From: Gemmatimonadota bacterium
GTDB lineage: Bacteria; Latescibacterota; UBA2968; UBA8231
Length of the DNA stretch: 55,092 nt
Assembly: GCA_038128265.1 (NCBI GenBank)
Contig: JAYPJE010000027.1
Span: forward strand, 1-55,092
Reading direction: 5' to 3'
Below the pieces are notes generated by a model, which saw only the letters and a list, made by a program, of their open reading frames with translations, searched no databases and was not told the DNA's origin. Below, one piece after another: positions 31,661 to 41,770 of the stretch (position 1 is its first letter; each line of letters opens with the position of its first letter). A program made the position numbers and the translations under genes.

Positions 31661-32403
31661 GACGCGCGCTGTGCCTCTTGCTCTGTTGGGTCTGTGCAGC
31701 CGGCGCTCAGTCGGCTGCCCTCGGCCTGTATAACGAGGGCAATTCCCACTATCGCGACGGCGATTTTGCCGCCGCCCAGCGCGCGTACCAGCGGGCGGCC
31801 GACAGCGGAGTGGAAGATGCCCGGCTGTTTTACAACTTGGCCAATGCCCATTTCAAGCTGGGCGAGCTGGGCGAGGCGATAGTGTGGTACGAACGCGCCC
31901 ATCGCCTCGACCCGCGTGATGAAGATATTGCTGCTAATTTGCGCTTTGCCCACCAGGTAAAAAAAGACCGAGATCCCGATGCGGAGGGAAATGCCGTCAG
32001 CCAATTTTTTACAAGCGCCTTTTTTCATCCAACGCTGAGTGAGCTATCGCTAGTCTTTGCCGCGGGGTGGATTGGCCTTTTTGTGCTGGGCAGCTGGCGC
32101 GTATGGTTTCGCCGCAGCAGTTCCCTGTGGCTAGCAGGCCTACTGGCGTGCGGTGCCGTGGCCGCGCTGGCAGGCGGATGGCTGGGAGCGCGGGCATACC
32201 AACAGGCTGGCGAGGTTTCGGCCATCGTGGTCGCCGACGTAGTGACGGCGCGCAGCGGTCCGGATATGGGGCAAACGGAAGTGTTTATCATGCACGAAGG
32301 TACCAAGGTCCGCGTCGTGCGGCGCGAGAGCGATTGGATGCTCGTGCGCCTGCAAAACGGACTGGGTGGATGGGTTCGGGTGGAAGCAATCCGAGCGATA
32401 TAA
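31657..32403 (+). CDS. batE: TPR plus SH3-like protein BatE
   Basis: FYNLANAHFKLG..GEAI.WYERA..LDPRDEDIAANL, 2 TMs, HEGTKV...GWV. Confidence 0.9.
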   Translation: MRRALCLLLCWVCAAGAQSAALGLYNEGNSHYRDGDFAAAQRAYQRAADSGVEDARLFYNLANAHFKLGELGEAIVWYERAHRLDPRDEDIAANLRFAHQVKKDRDPDAEGNAVSQFFTSAFFHPTLSELSLVFAAGWIGLFVLGSWRVWFRRSSSLWLAGLLACGAVAALAGGWLGARAYQQAGEVSAIVVADVVTARSGPDMGQTEVFIMHEGTKVRVVRRESDWMLVRLQNGLGGWVRVEAIRAI

Positions 32404-32479
32404 GCCCCTTGCAATGAGCGGCCTTTTGCGCGATGTTTTCGGCCGTCTATTGAAAAATCACCTACAGGGAGGAAAGAAC

Positions 32480-33535
32480 ATGGGCAAGCTACGAGTCGGA
32501 GTGATTGGCGTCGGAGGTATTGCGCGCACGCATATGCCGGGCTGGGCCGCATCCGAGCATGCCGAAGTCGTCGCCGGAAGCGATGTAAACGAAGCCGCCC
32601 TGAACAGCTGGGGGCAGGAACACGGCGTGAGCAAACTGCACGCCGATCCAGCCGCGTTGTTCAGCGATGGCGATATTGACGTAATCGATATCTGCACACC
32701 CAATATGTACCACGCGCCGCTAAGCATTGCCGCGTTGGAAGCGGGTAAGCACGTGCTGTGTGAAAAACCGCTGGCGCCGACGCCGGACGATATCCGCAGC
32801 ATGATTTCCGCGCGCGACCGGTCCGGCAAAACGCTAATGACGGCGCAGCACTTTCGCTTTCAGGGCTCATCCAAGGCGATGAAGGCGGAAATCGAAACCG
32901 GGGCGCTGGGCGATATCTACCACGCGCGCAGCTGGATGCTTCGGCGCGCCGGTGCGCCGACCGGCGGCGGCTTTATTCTCAAAGAGCACAGCGGCGGGGG
33001 GCCGTGTATTGATATCGGCGTGCACATCCTCGACCTAACGCTCTGGTTTATGGGCAATCCGGAGCCCGTAGCGGTCACCGGCGTCGCGCGCGCCGAACTA
33101 GCGCATAGGGCGGGAGCCTTTAGCCAGTGGGGCCGCAAAGAAATTCCGCCGCAGTACGATGTGGAGGATTTTGCCGCGGCCTTCGTGCGCTTTGACAATG
33201 GAGCCACGTTGGTCATTGAGGTCAGCTGGCTGCTGCACCACGATACGCAGGGTGAAGATATGCAGATGTGGCTCTACGGAACGCAGGGCGGAGCCCATTG
33301 GCCCAAGTGCGAGCTTTACGAGAGCAACTACCAGACGCGTCAGCAGTACAATCGCCAGCTCAAGCTAATGTACGATGGCCTGGAGGCGCATGCGCAGGAG
33401 TGCGTCGAATTTGCGCAGGCCGTGGCGGAAGGCCAGCCCTCTCCCGTGCCGGCCGAGCAGTCGCTGCAGGTGCTGCAGATTCTCGATGGGATCTATCGCA
33501 GCCAGCAGAGCGGCGGGGAGGTTCGGATCGTCTAA
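32480..33535 (+). CDS. Gfo/Idh/MocA family oxidoreductase
   Basis: VGVIGVGGIA, GKHVLCEKP, GGGPCIDIGVH. Start placed at ATG 32480 behind GGAGG. Confidence 0.93.
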   Translation: MGKLRVGVIGVGGIARTHMPGWAASEHAEVVAGSDVNEAALNSWGQEHGVSKLHADPAALFSDGDIDVIDICTPNMYHAPLSIAALEAGKHVLCEKPLAPTPDDIRSMISARDRSGKTLMTAQHFRFQGSSKAMKAEIETGALGDIYHARSWMLRRAGAPTGGGFILKEHSGGGPCIDIGVHILDLTLWFMGNPEPVAVTGVARAELAHRAGAFSQWGRKEIPPQYDVEDFAAAFVRFDNGATLVIEVSWLLHHDTQGEDMQMWLYGTQGGAHWPKCELYESNYQTRQQYNRQLKLMYDGLEAHAQECVEFAQAVAEGQPSPVPAEQSLQVLQILDGIYRSQQSGGEVRIV

Positions 33536-33550
33536 GCGAGCCATACCGCA

Positions 33551-33594
33551 ACGCAAAAGGCCTCCATCTTCGACGAGATGGAGGCCTTTTGCGT
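33551..33594. terminator. Bidirectional terminator hairpin
   Basis: Perfect 19-bp inverted repeat acgcaaaaggcctccatct / agatggaggccttttgcgt with a 6-nt loop, between convergent genes. Confidence 0.85.
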
Positions 33595-33640
33595 GTGCAA
33601 TGCTGTCGCTGCCGTGTTGCCGCGGCGCATGGCGTGGAGG

Positions 33641-34828
33641 CTACGCGTTGTTTCCGGCGATATCGTCGTCGATTGGCAAGACAATGGAAAAGGTCGTGCC
33701 TCGCCCCAGCTTGCTTTCGACGTGGATTGTGCCGCCGTGGTTTTCAATAATGCCTTTGCAAATAGACAGGCCGAGCCCGGTGCCGCTATTTCCCTTAGTT
33801 GTAAAAAACGGTTCAAAAATACGTTCGAGCGCGTCCGGGGCAATGCCCGAGCCATTGTCCCGAATTTGCACCTCGATAGACTGGTGGTTAAGCGCTTTGG
33901 TAGAAAGGGCGAGCTGCCCGTCCGCTTCGAGTGCATCAATGGCGTTATTAATGAGGTTTAGCAGGACCTGTGAGATTTGCTCGGGGTCGACGTTGACCCA
34001 TTCGCGCGCTGTCAGGGAGCGCGAGATATCGATACTCTTCTGCTTTACTGGATGGATCAGAAGATCCAGACAGTGTTCGACGAGCTTGTTGATATCTGTA
34101 GCTGTCTTAACGGGGTGTTTTTTGCGAGAAAAGTCGCGCATGCTCTCCATGATGCTGGCGGCGCGAAAAATCTGTTCCGTCGCCGTGGACAGCGAAGCGC
34201 GCTGGTCGGCGCTGATATTGTCCGATTTTGACACCGTTTCCACCCATCCCACGGCAATTGTAAGCGGGGTCATCACTTCGTGTACGATGCCGGCGGCCAG
34301 GCGGCCCAGCGTCGACAGGCGCTCGCTGTGTAACAGCTGCTGAGTGCGCTCGACGACGCGCTGCTCGAGCGTCGCGTTTAGCTCGCGCAGCTCCTGATTG
34401 CTCTCGCTCAGCGAGTCGGTGAGCGAAAGGTTGGACTGGATGAGTTCGAAACGCTCAAAGCCCTGCTCTATAGCCTGAGCGAGCTCGACGGAGTTCCATG
34501 GCTTGTGCAGGTAGCGGTGGACTTCTCCCTCATTTATAGCCGCGATTGCCGCCTCAATATCGGCGTGCCCGGTAAGCAGCATGCGAAATGTTTGGGGCGA
34601 GAATTCGAGGACGCGGTGCAAAAACGTCGCGCCGTTCATGCCGGGCATGCGCATGTCGGACACGACGACTGCCGCATTGTGCTCTTCGAGTAACGCTAGG
34701 GCCTCTTCGCCGCTCGTGGCTGTAATCACGTTGTCTGCGACGTGGCGCAACTCGCGCTGCAGGGCGCGCAGAATTTCCGTTTCATCGTCTACGCAGAGGA
34801 CGACTCGTTGGTAGCTATTCACGGGCAA
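33641..34828 (-). CDS. Hybrid histidine kinase (REC-HisKA-HATPase)
   Basis: VDDE, SDMRMP, KPW; H-box AAGIVHEVMTP; NLINNA, DNGSG, FFTTK, GTGLGL. Confidence 0.93.
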   Translation of the reverse strand: MPVNSYQRVVLCVDDETEILRALQRELRHVADNVITATSGEEALALLEEHNAAVVVSDMRMPGMNGATFLHRVLEFSPQTFRMLLTGHADIEAAIAAINEGEVHRYLHKPWNSVELAQAIEQGFERFELIQSNLSLTDSLSESNQELRELNATLEQRVVERTQQLLHSERLSTLGRLAAGIVHEVMTPLTIAVGWVETVSKSDNISADQRASLSTATEQIFRAASIMESMRDFSRKKHPVKTATDINKLVEHCLDLLIHPVKQKSIDISRSLTAREWVNVDPEQISQVLLNLINNAIDALEADGQLALSTKALNHQSIEVQIRDNGSGIAPDALERIFEPFFTTKGNSGTGLGLSICKGIIENHGGTIHVESKLGRGTTFSIVLPIDDDIAGNNA

Positions 34829-34834
34829 TACCGA

Positions 34835-35491
34835 TCATGTTCGCTCTGTTTTCTGCGAATAGTGGACTTGTTTCGGGTCTCGCAGCTGCGACAGGGCGTC
34901 GTCTAGCTGCTCCTTCCAGCCGTGTAGGAGGGCATCCCGTTGAGAAATTAGACCGCGCAGCTGCTCGTTTTCAGCGCGCAGCGCCTCCAGCTGATCGCCT
35001 GAGTGGGAACCGGCCGACGCGCGTCCGGCCAGCAGGCTGGCATTCTCCTTTTTCAGCTGTGCAATAACGTGTTTCAAATCGTCTATAATACCCTCGCGCT
35101 GGCGGGAGAGGTCGTGAAAAACCAGGGCCTGAAGAATGCAGTGTTTCAGTTCGATATCGTCCCACGGTTTGCTGAGATAGCGAAAAATCTGCCCTTCGTT
35201 GATGCTGCGCACGGCATCGTCTATGTCGCTGTAGCCGGTCAACAGGATGCGCACGGCGTGGGGGGCGATATGTATGCTCTGTGCCATGAGCTGTGCGCCG
35301 CTCATGCCGGGCATGCGCTGGTCAGAAACAATGACGGAGACGTCGTTCTCTCGGAGTAGCTCAAGGGCTTCGTGCCCGCTCGTGGCTAGCAGCAGGCGGT
35401 AGTCCTCGCGGCGAAATACGCGCCGCAGGCCGTTGAGTATACCCACTTCGTCGTCTACAAAGAGTAGCGTATAAGAGTAGTGCGTCTGCAT
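34835..35491 (-). CDS. Response regulator (REC plus coiled coil, no DNA-binding domain)
   Basis: FVDDE, SDQRMPG, LTG, KPW, followed by a heptad-rich tail. Confidence 0.92.
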   Translation of the reverse strand: MQTHYSYTLLFVDDEVGILNGLRRVFRREDYRLLLATSGHEALELLRENDVSVIVSDQRMPGMSGAQLMAQSIHIAPHAVRILLTGYSDIDDAVRSINEGQIFRYLSKPWDDIELKHCILQALVFHDLSRQREGIIDDLKHVIAQLKKENASLLAGRASAGSHSGDQLEALRAENEQLRGLISQRDALLHGWKEQLDDALSQLRDPKQVHYSQKTERT

Positions 35492-35503
35492 CAGAACTTT
35501 CGA

Positions 35504-37672
35504 TCAGGCCTCGTCGGAGGGTGCTTGCTCTCCCGAACTGGCTTGCCCTTCGGCACCGTCTTCGCCCTCTGCAGTGCCGGCAATGGGCTTTGCTTCTATG
35601 CCCATAGGCTCCAGCCGAAAGCAGAAGGCGGCGTGATCGGCGCTCAGCGTATCCTCGCTGTCGCCCATTACCAGGCGAACGCCGGCAAACGTCTTGCCCG
35701 TAACGACAATTTCCGCATTCTCTAGCGAGGAGTCCAGCATTTTTTTGAGCTCTTCTCTCTCGTTAAATGATTTTTCTCTGATCTCTAACAGGTCGTAGAG
35801 CTTTTTGACGATTTCCCGCACGATTTTCTTTTTGCCGGGCGCCGTTTTGCGCAGGGCCGCTTTGATATGCGCTGAGTTGGCTTCGTCCAAACCGAGGGTG
35901 CGCAGGAGGCGCATGGAGTTCGAATCGCAAAAATCGATTTGTTCGCTAATCTTGTTTATGCGCGCCGATACCTTTGGGTCGGCGCTGATGCTGAGCAGCG
36001 TGCCGGAGGTGGTTGCCGAACCGGCGTACTGACAGGTGATGCAGTTGGCGGCAATCGCCTCGCCACCGACGATGCTGCCGCCGCGGTCGCCGCCGCCGGG
36101 ATGGACCGTGATATTGCCGTTGGAGCGAACGAGTGAGTTAAAGGCATAGCTGCCAACTTCGATATCGCCTTTGGCCGCCACGGCGGCATTGAGAATAAAC
36201 TGCGCCTGCACGCAGCCCTCGGAAATGGCGCCCAGAGCCGCAACGCTCGTGCCGCCGCCAATGATGCCGCGCGAAATAATAATGTCTCCATTGGCTCGTA
36301 GGGTGGCCCCGCTTTCGACGTTGCCGCCAACGGTAATCGTACCTCCGGCTCTGATCGTGAAACCCGGGCCCACATCGCCGTTGATCTGCACGTCGTGGGG
36401 CGTATCTATATTGCCGATTTCGTAGTCGACATTGCCGCTTACGACAAAAACTTGTTTGACGTCAATACTGCCCTTGCTAACGTGCACATTGCCGCTGGTT
36501 AGGGCGTAGAATTCAGTAGGTGGGTTGCCTTCGCCCCGCACGTTTTCGCCGGCGCTATAGCTCAGCGAATCGTCGCCGTCGTTGGCCGTAAGCGCGTTGC
36601 CACATACGTCGATACCCGCCTGCCCCTTCGTGGCTTCGATAAGCGTGCCGAGCAGTTGCCCTTCCTCAACGGAGATCACCGAGTTGCGTTCGCGCAGGTC
36701 AATGCTGCCGTCTGGGTTGATCTTTCCCGCAAGTTTCTCCGGGTTGAACCCCAAGTCCATTCGCGCGTCCTGGCCGTGAACCGGAGGGGTTCCACGGGCG
36801 ATAAGGCGCGCTTTGGGTTGTTTGTAGGGAAGGGGTTTCCCGCTGACGAGGTCCATGGTTTTAGTAACGAATCCAGACTGGATGCTCATCTCGTTGAGCG
36901 TGGCCTGCAGCCTCTCCGAACCGATAGCCGGTTGGCTTTTGGGCAGCGGAAAGTGGACGAAATAAGCGCGCATTCGGTCTTCGGTCATCCAGATGGGTGG
37001 AATGACCGATATCTTGTCCTGTATTTGGCAGACGTATCCCATCTGATCGGCGACAAAGCGGTTGTCTGTTTGGGTTACGTGCGGGCCCGCTTCTAACGAG
37101 ACGTCTTCGCCTGGCTTTTCGATGCTGTTGCCGAGCACGTCGCGACCCGGGGTGCCTGGCGTGGCCGCGACGATCGTTGCCAGTTCATCGCCCGGCATGA
37201 CCAAAATACACTCGGTGCTTTTGGCAAGCACGGCTTCAATCGTTTCCTGTTCAAAGGCGTCTTTAATCTGCCTGTAGGCGGGCGGGGGACCGCTGTGCTC
37301 TTTTAAGAAGGCGTATTCGATGCGCCCGTTGGCACCCGGTTCGGCCAGCGTGCCGAGCGCGACGACAAAGTTGCCCTGCACCGTCGCTTCGGGATCTTCC
37401 AGGCACTTTTCGGCCAGTTCGGCCACGGCGTCGCCGTCATGGCCGTGCTTTATGTCGTACTGGTCGGTGAGCGCAGTAGTAATGTCGCGATTGGAAAGGT
37501 TGTCGTGTCCGCCGAAGGAAATCTGTTTGACGACGGCCTGCATGCGGTCGTCGGATATATTGACCACCATCCAACTCTCCGGATCCTCGCCGAAGGATTG
37601 GCGCTCTGGTGGGAGTTCGACCTCGTCGAGCTCTTCCGTATCGCTTTCGGTAGCCGTTTGCTGATTATTCAT
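35504..37672 (-). CDS. FapA/DUF342 family protein (long form, duplicated N-terminal module)
   Basis: ISDDRMQA, ARGTPPVHGQDA, GSIDLRE, SGNVDYEIGNI, Gly-rich beta-helix repeats, IVGGE, coiled coil. Confidence 0.88.
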   Translation of the reverse strand: MNNQQTATESDTEELDEVELPPERQSFGEDPESWMVVNISDDRMQAVVKQISFGGHDNLSNRDITTALTDQYDIKHGHDGDAVAELAEKCLEDPEATVQGNFVVALGTLAEPGANGRIEYAFLKEHSGPPPAYRQIKDAFEQETIEAVLAKSTECILVMPGDELATIVAATPGTPGRDVLGNSIEKPGEDVSLEAGPHVTQTDNRFVADQMGYVCQIQDKISVIPPIWMTEDRMRAYFVHFPLPKSQPAIGSERLQATLNEMSIQSGFVTKTMDLVSGKPLPYKQPKARLIARGTPPVHGQDARMDLGFNPEKLAGKINPDGSIDLRERNSVISVEEGQLLGTLIEATKGQAGIDVCGNALTANDGDDSLSYSAGENVRGEGNPPTEFYALTSGNVHVSKGSIDVKQVFVVSGNVDYEIGNIDTPHDVQINGDVGPGFTIRAGGTITVGGNVESGATLRANGDIIISRGIIGGGTSVAALGAISEGCVQAQFILNAAVAAKGDIEVGSYAFNSLVRSNGNITVHPGGGDRGGSIVGGEAIAANCITCQYAGSATTSGTLLSISADPKVSARINKISEQIDFCDSNSMRLLRTLGLDEANSAHIKAALRKTAPGKKKIVREIVKKLYDLLEIREKSFNEREELKKMLDSSLENAEIVVTGKTFAGVRLVMGDSEDTLSADHAAFCFRLEPMGIEAKPIAGTAEGEDGAEGQASSGEQAPSDEA

Positions 37673-37690
37673 TGCCGCTGCGTGCGCTGA

Positions 37691-38710
37691 TTAGAGGTCC
37701 CAGTCCTTGAGTACGGCGGCTATCTCACCCTTCCACGAGTTCATATTGCTGTGTATCTGCGCATCGCTTATAGCCATGGCTGCCTGCAGGGCAAAGCTGG
37801 CAACGACGCCCAGTTCGTCGGTTGAAATGGCTTCTCGGGTTCGCGGCGATGCCACCTCAATGAGTCCGAGCACGCTGTCGCCGCGGACTATGGGCGCAAC
37901 GGCAAAGGGGGCGATGCCCGATCCATCGGTGTGCTCCACATTGACCGGCTGTCGGGTTTCGGAAACGCGGGCGAAGGCCTCTATATGAAGCGGCGTTGGC
38001 TGAATCTTTAGCACGTCATTTGGTTGGAGAATGCGGCCGGCATAGTCGACGGCAGCGGCCGCTTTGGGTTGGCCTTCGGCCATCAAATAGACGACCGCTG
38101 CCTCCATTTCAATAATTTCGGAAACGACCTGCAGCACGAGTTTGAGCGTTTCTTCCAGAGAGTGCACGCTAAGCATGTGCTGCGCGATGCGGTCCTTGCC
38201 GGCCAGCTCTTTGACTTTTAGCTGCAGCTCGCGCGTGCGCTGCTGAACGGCCTCTTCTAACCGTGCATTAAAGTGCTCCAACTCCTGGTTTTTTTGGATG
38301 AGTTCGGCCGTGAGCTGCCTGTTTTCAAACTCGAGTTCAAACTGCTTTAGCCCGTCGCGAACAGACTGTTTGATATCTTCGTCGTTCCAGGGCTTTGTTA
38401 TGTAGCGCGATATGCCGCCCCGGTTAATTGATTCGGTGACCGCCTCTACATCGGAGAAGCCCGTCAGCATAATGCGCTTACAGTGGGGGGCTATCTCAAT
38501 GGAGCGAGCGAGAAATTCAGGGCCTGTCATATTCGGCATGCGGTAGTCGGATATGATGAGCGATACCTCGTTCTGTTCGAGAACGCTCAGGCCTTCGGCA
38601 CCGCTGGTGGCGGACAGTACCTGATAGCCCTCGCGGAGGAAAATGCGGCGCAGCGCGCTGATAATGCTTTCCTCGTCATCGACCAATAGTAGGGTGTGTT
38701 GCATGGCCAT
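37691..38710 (-). CDS. Response regulator (REC-coiled coil-GAF)
   Basis: LVDDE, SDYRMP, KPW; GAF motifs VAPIVRGDSVLGLIEV and FALQAAMAI. Confidence 0.9.
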   Translation of the reverse strand: MAMQHTLLLVDDEESIISALRRIFLREGYQVLSATSGAEGLSVLEQNEVSLIISDYRMPNMTGPEFLARSIEIAPHCKRIMLTGFSDVEAVTESINRGGISRYITKPWNDEDIKQSVRDGLKQFELEFENRQLTAELIQKNQELEHFNARLEEAVQQRTRELQLKVKELAGKDRIAQHMLSVHSLEETLKLVLQVVSEIIEMEAAVVYLMAEGQPKAAAAVDYAGRILQPNDVLKIQPTPLHIEAFARVSETRQPVNVEHTDGSGIAPFAVAPIVRGDSVLGLIEVASPRTREAISTDELGVVASFALQAAMAISDAQIHSNMNSWKGEIAAVLKDWDL

Positions 38711-38719
38711 GGGGATCTC

Positions 38720-39949
38720 CTAGTGTGAAGCTGTGTCCAGCGAGCGCACTTGCTGCGCTATGCGTTCTACGTCGCTCGGGGTCAAATCCAATATATCATA
38801 CACTTTGGGACTGCTGATGGGAAGCGTTTCCGTCGTCTCATCACCCCGCTCAATATGATGAGACAAGGCGTTGGCCAGGTGGATCAGACAGGCCAATTTC
38901 TTGTCGACGCTGGCGTTGGTCGGCTGGTGGTGGTAGCGCACCGCTTCGCAGATTCTGGGTGGGAGGTTCCACAGCTCCGAAGCATAGCCGCCAATTTCAG
39001 CGTGGTCGGTCCCCAGCACCTCGCGTTCCACCGCGCAAATGTCTTTCCCCTGGCCTAGCTTGCTTTGGACTTCGTCGTAGCGCGCATCGGCAAAGCGCGC
39101 CAAGATGAGTTTGCCCAGATCGTGCATCGTTCCAGCGAATAGGGCCGTTTCCTGCATGGAGCGGTCGCCGTTCTGGGCGCGGGCGATATGGCGTGCTACA
39201 AAGCCACACGACAGCGAGTGCTGCCAGAGCTGATCGCTGTTAAAATTGGTCGATTTACTATTGGCCAATTGTTGAAAGGCGCCGGTGGCCAGCACGAGGT
39301 TTTGCACGAAATCCAGTCCCAGGACAAAAATGGCCCGACTAATCGTTTCTACGCTGCGCCGCTGACCAAAGAACGTCGAATTGGACACCTGCAGCAGACG
39401 AGCCGCTAGCGGGGGATTTTGGTTGATGGCATCGGCGACGACCTCTGCAGACTTTTCGCTGGCTTCGTTGAGTGCTTGCTGAACGGCCTGGTAGGTCTGG
39501 GGTAGCGGCGGCAGCGCCTCAAAGCTGTTGATCAGATTGTGCAACCCGGGGCTGAACTCCTTGGGTGAACTGCTCTTCTCCAACAGATCGCGCACGGTCT
39601 GTTTTAACTCGTCATCGTCCCACGGCTTGGCCACCATTTCCTGAACGTTGATCTCAGAAAAAATACGGGTGACGGCTTCCTTTTCGGCGTACCCGCTGAG
39701 CACCATGCACGCGGTGTTGGGGTGGCGTTTGCGCACGCGGCTGAGAAATTCGACTCCGTTCATCTCGGGCATGCGAACGTCGGAAATCACCAGGTCAACT
39801 TCGTGCTGGCCTAGCAGATTAAGTCCCTGCTGGGCGCTCTTGGCCAAGAGCACTTTGTAGCCTTCGCGATGAAATAGGCGCCGCAGCGAGCGGAGAATAT
39901 TTTCCTCGTCATCGACGAAGAGAATCGTCTTTTCATCAGCAGTAGTCAT
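38720..39949 (-). CDS. Response regulator (REC-HDOD)
   Basis: FVDDE, SDVRMP, KPW; HDOD motifs LPPLP, LLQVSNSTFFG, LWQHS, MHDLGKL, DHAEIG, WNLP, YHHQP. Confidence 0.93.
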   Translation of the reverse strand: MTTADEKTILFVDDEENILRSLRRLFHREGYKVLLAKSAQQGLNLLGQHEVDLVISDVRMPEMNGVEFLSRVRKRHPNTACMVLSGYAEKEAVTRIFSEINVQEMVAKPWDDDELKQTVRDLLEKSSSPKEFSPGLHNLINSFEALPPLPQTYQAVQQALNEASEKSAEVVADAINQNPPLAARLLQVSNSTFFGQRRSVETISRAIFVLGLDFVQNLVLATGAFQQLANSKSTNFNSDQLWQHSLSCGFVARHIARAQNGDRSMQETALFAGTMHDLGKLILARFADARYDEVQSKLGQGKDICAVEREVLGTDHAEIGGYASELWNLPPRICEAVRYHHQPTNASVDKKLACLIHLANALSHHIERGDETTETLPISSPKVYDILDLTPSDVERIAQQVRSLDTASH

Positions 39950-41745
39950 AGGGTGTCCTTAGTATTCTGAGGGATCTTTATTGTAAAGGTGGTTCCTACG
40001 CCAACCGTGCTATCGACGAGAATGTGTCCGCCGTGCAGCGATACGATGGTGTGATACGCGAGGCTGAGGCCCATGCCGGTGCCGCTGCCTACGTCCTTTG
40101 TCGTAAAGAACGGTTCAAAGATACGCCGTTTTATCTCTGGGGTCATCCCCTTGCCCGTATCGCCAATTTCAACGCAGATAAAATCGTCTTCCTGATAGGT
40201 GCGCAGCGTGATGGTGCCGCGCTCTTCAATAGCCTGTGCGGCGTTGAGCAACAGCCCCATAAAGACCTGGTTGAGCTCGCGTGGGTAGCAAACGCATTCG
40301 CCGATTTGGCCGTATTCCTTGTGCACGGTGGCCGTTTTGCCAATTTCACCGGCGGCTAAGCTGAGGGTTTTATCGAGGTTGGAATTGATGTCGACAGGCG
40401 CTTTCTCATCGCGGTCGACGTGCGAGAAATCGCGCAGGTTGGCAACGATGTCGCGCACGCGCTCCAACCCTTCGCGCGATTCCCGTATCAATTCGTCGAT
40501 GTCGGAGAGCACGTAGTCGATGCCGGACGTGCTGCGCTGGCTCGTCGCGTAGTCGAGCAGGGCGCGCGCCTCTTTTTCATCGCCCTCTCGCAGGTGTTGT
40601 TCCAGCGCTTGGTAGGTTTCGATGAGCGCCGATAGATCACGCGCGTATTCTTCCAGCGTATTAAAGTTGGCAAAAATAAAGCCCAGAGGATTGTTTAGTT
40701 CGTGGGCTACGCCGGCAGCTAATTGGCCGATAGATGCCATTTTTTCGGCCTGCAGCATCTGCACCTGGTTTTGCTCTGCCGCGTGGTTGGCGTGTTCGGT
40801 TTCTACTGGGCGCTTGGACTGCGCGTCGTCAGCGGCCGGGAAAAAGGTAGTTTCGCAGCCGTAGACGTCGACGCAAAGGGCCTCTGTGCGCGGCACCAGC
40901 GTCAACACATAGGTGCGCTTGTCGTCGTCGACCAGAGCGACTTCCGTGCTTTGGCGACTGGCAAATACGGAGGCTGCTCTGAGCTGCCAGGCATCGGGAA
41001 TGGGCGCGCCGACTTGGGTTTGCCAATTGTCGATGACGGGGGCTGCGGCGGCATTGGCATAGAGCAGTAGGCCATCCTTCGAGAGGCGCAGCAGCGGGTG
41101 GGGGCTGTCGCTAGAAAAGCGGGCAAGTAATTCGAGCTCGCCGTCGGCTTTTGTATCCGCCCGTGCTTCCGCTCGAGGCGAGGAAGCTCTGTCGGGATTT
41201 TTGGGGGCGGCGAGTGGCCGGGGTGCCCACAGCAGGTAGGCCAGCGCGGCCGAGCAGAGGGCGGCCAGCGCGGCGACGGGCACGGCCCACCGCAGGTAGT
41301 CGCCCTGCCCGCTGCGCACGCAGAGAAAGAGCATGCCGCGCGTTCGCTCGTTGGGGTCGATGGGCTCAAAGAGAAAGGTATAGCCACCGCTGTCGTAGTG
41401 GCCCTCGGGAATGGCGCGCTCGGGAATGCGCTGGGCGTCGCCCGCCTCGTTGGCACAGGCGGCCAGGCGCGTTCCATCGATTGCGTAAAGCGCTGCCGCT
41501 GCAACGTGTGGCTGTTTCGCACACTGGGCCGCGAGGAGTGCGTCAAGCTGGCTCGGTGCTGCGCTGGAGACGCGCAGGTCGGGTGGCTCGAACCGATGCG
41601 CGGCGGCGTGTAGCCGCTGGAGGTCGCGTTCGCCGGTTTCGCGCAGGCCGCCGTAGACGAGAGCGGCACTGGCCAGTAGACAGGCTAGGCTGAGGCCCGC
41701 TAGCAGGGATCGTTGCTGCTTGGTTAAATCTGCGATTCCGGCCAT
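39946..41745 (-). CDS. Membrane sensor histidine kinase (2 TM, periplasmic domain, PAS-like, HisKA, HATPase)
   Basis: Two TMs, PHPLLRLS..G.LLYAN PAS-like start, EKMASIGQLAAGVAHELNNP, FFTTK..GSGTGMGL. Start placed at ATG 41745. Confidence 0.92.
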   Translation of the reverse strand: MAGIADLTKQQRSLLAGLSLACLLASAALVYGGLRETGERDLQRLHAAAHRFEPPDLRVSSAAPSQLDALLAAQCAKQPHVAAAALYAIDGTRLAACANEAGDAQRIPERAIPEGHYDSGGYTFLFEPIDPNERTRGMLFLCVRSGQGDYLRWAVPVAALAALCSAALAYLLWAPRPLAAPKNPDRASSPRAEARADTKADGELELLARFSSDSPHPLLRLSKDGLLLYANAAAAPVIDNWQTQVGAPIPDAWQLRAASVFASRQSTEVALVDDDKRTYVLTLVPRTEALCVDVYGCETTFFPAADDAQSKRPVETEHANHAAEQNQVQMLQAEKMASIGQLAAGVAHELNNPLGFIFANFNTLEEYARDLSALIETYQALEQHLREGDEKEARALLDYATSQRSTSGIDYVLSDIDELIRESREGLERVRDIVANLRDFSHVDRDEKAPVDINSNLDKTLSLAAGEIGKTATVHKEYGQIGECVCYPRELNQVFMGLLLNAAQAIEERGTITLRTYQEDDFICVEIGDTGKGMTPEIKRRIFEPFFTTKDVGSGTGMGLSLAYHTIVSLHGGHILVDSTVGVGTTFTIKIPQNTKDTL

Positions 41746-41770
41746 GGGGTAGGAGCGAGCAGGGCGCGCA

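Noticed and set aside
33375..34343. 322-aa plus-strand ORF
   Set aside because: Shadow ORF, antisense to the hybrid kinase and crossing a terminator.
38720..39949. HD-GYP c-di-GMP phosphodiesterase
   Set aside because: No GYP motif; the motifs match HDOD.
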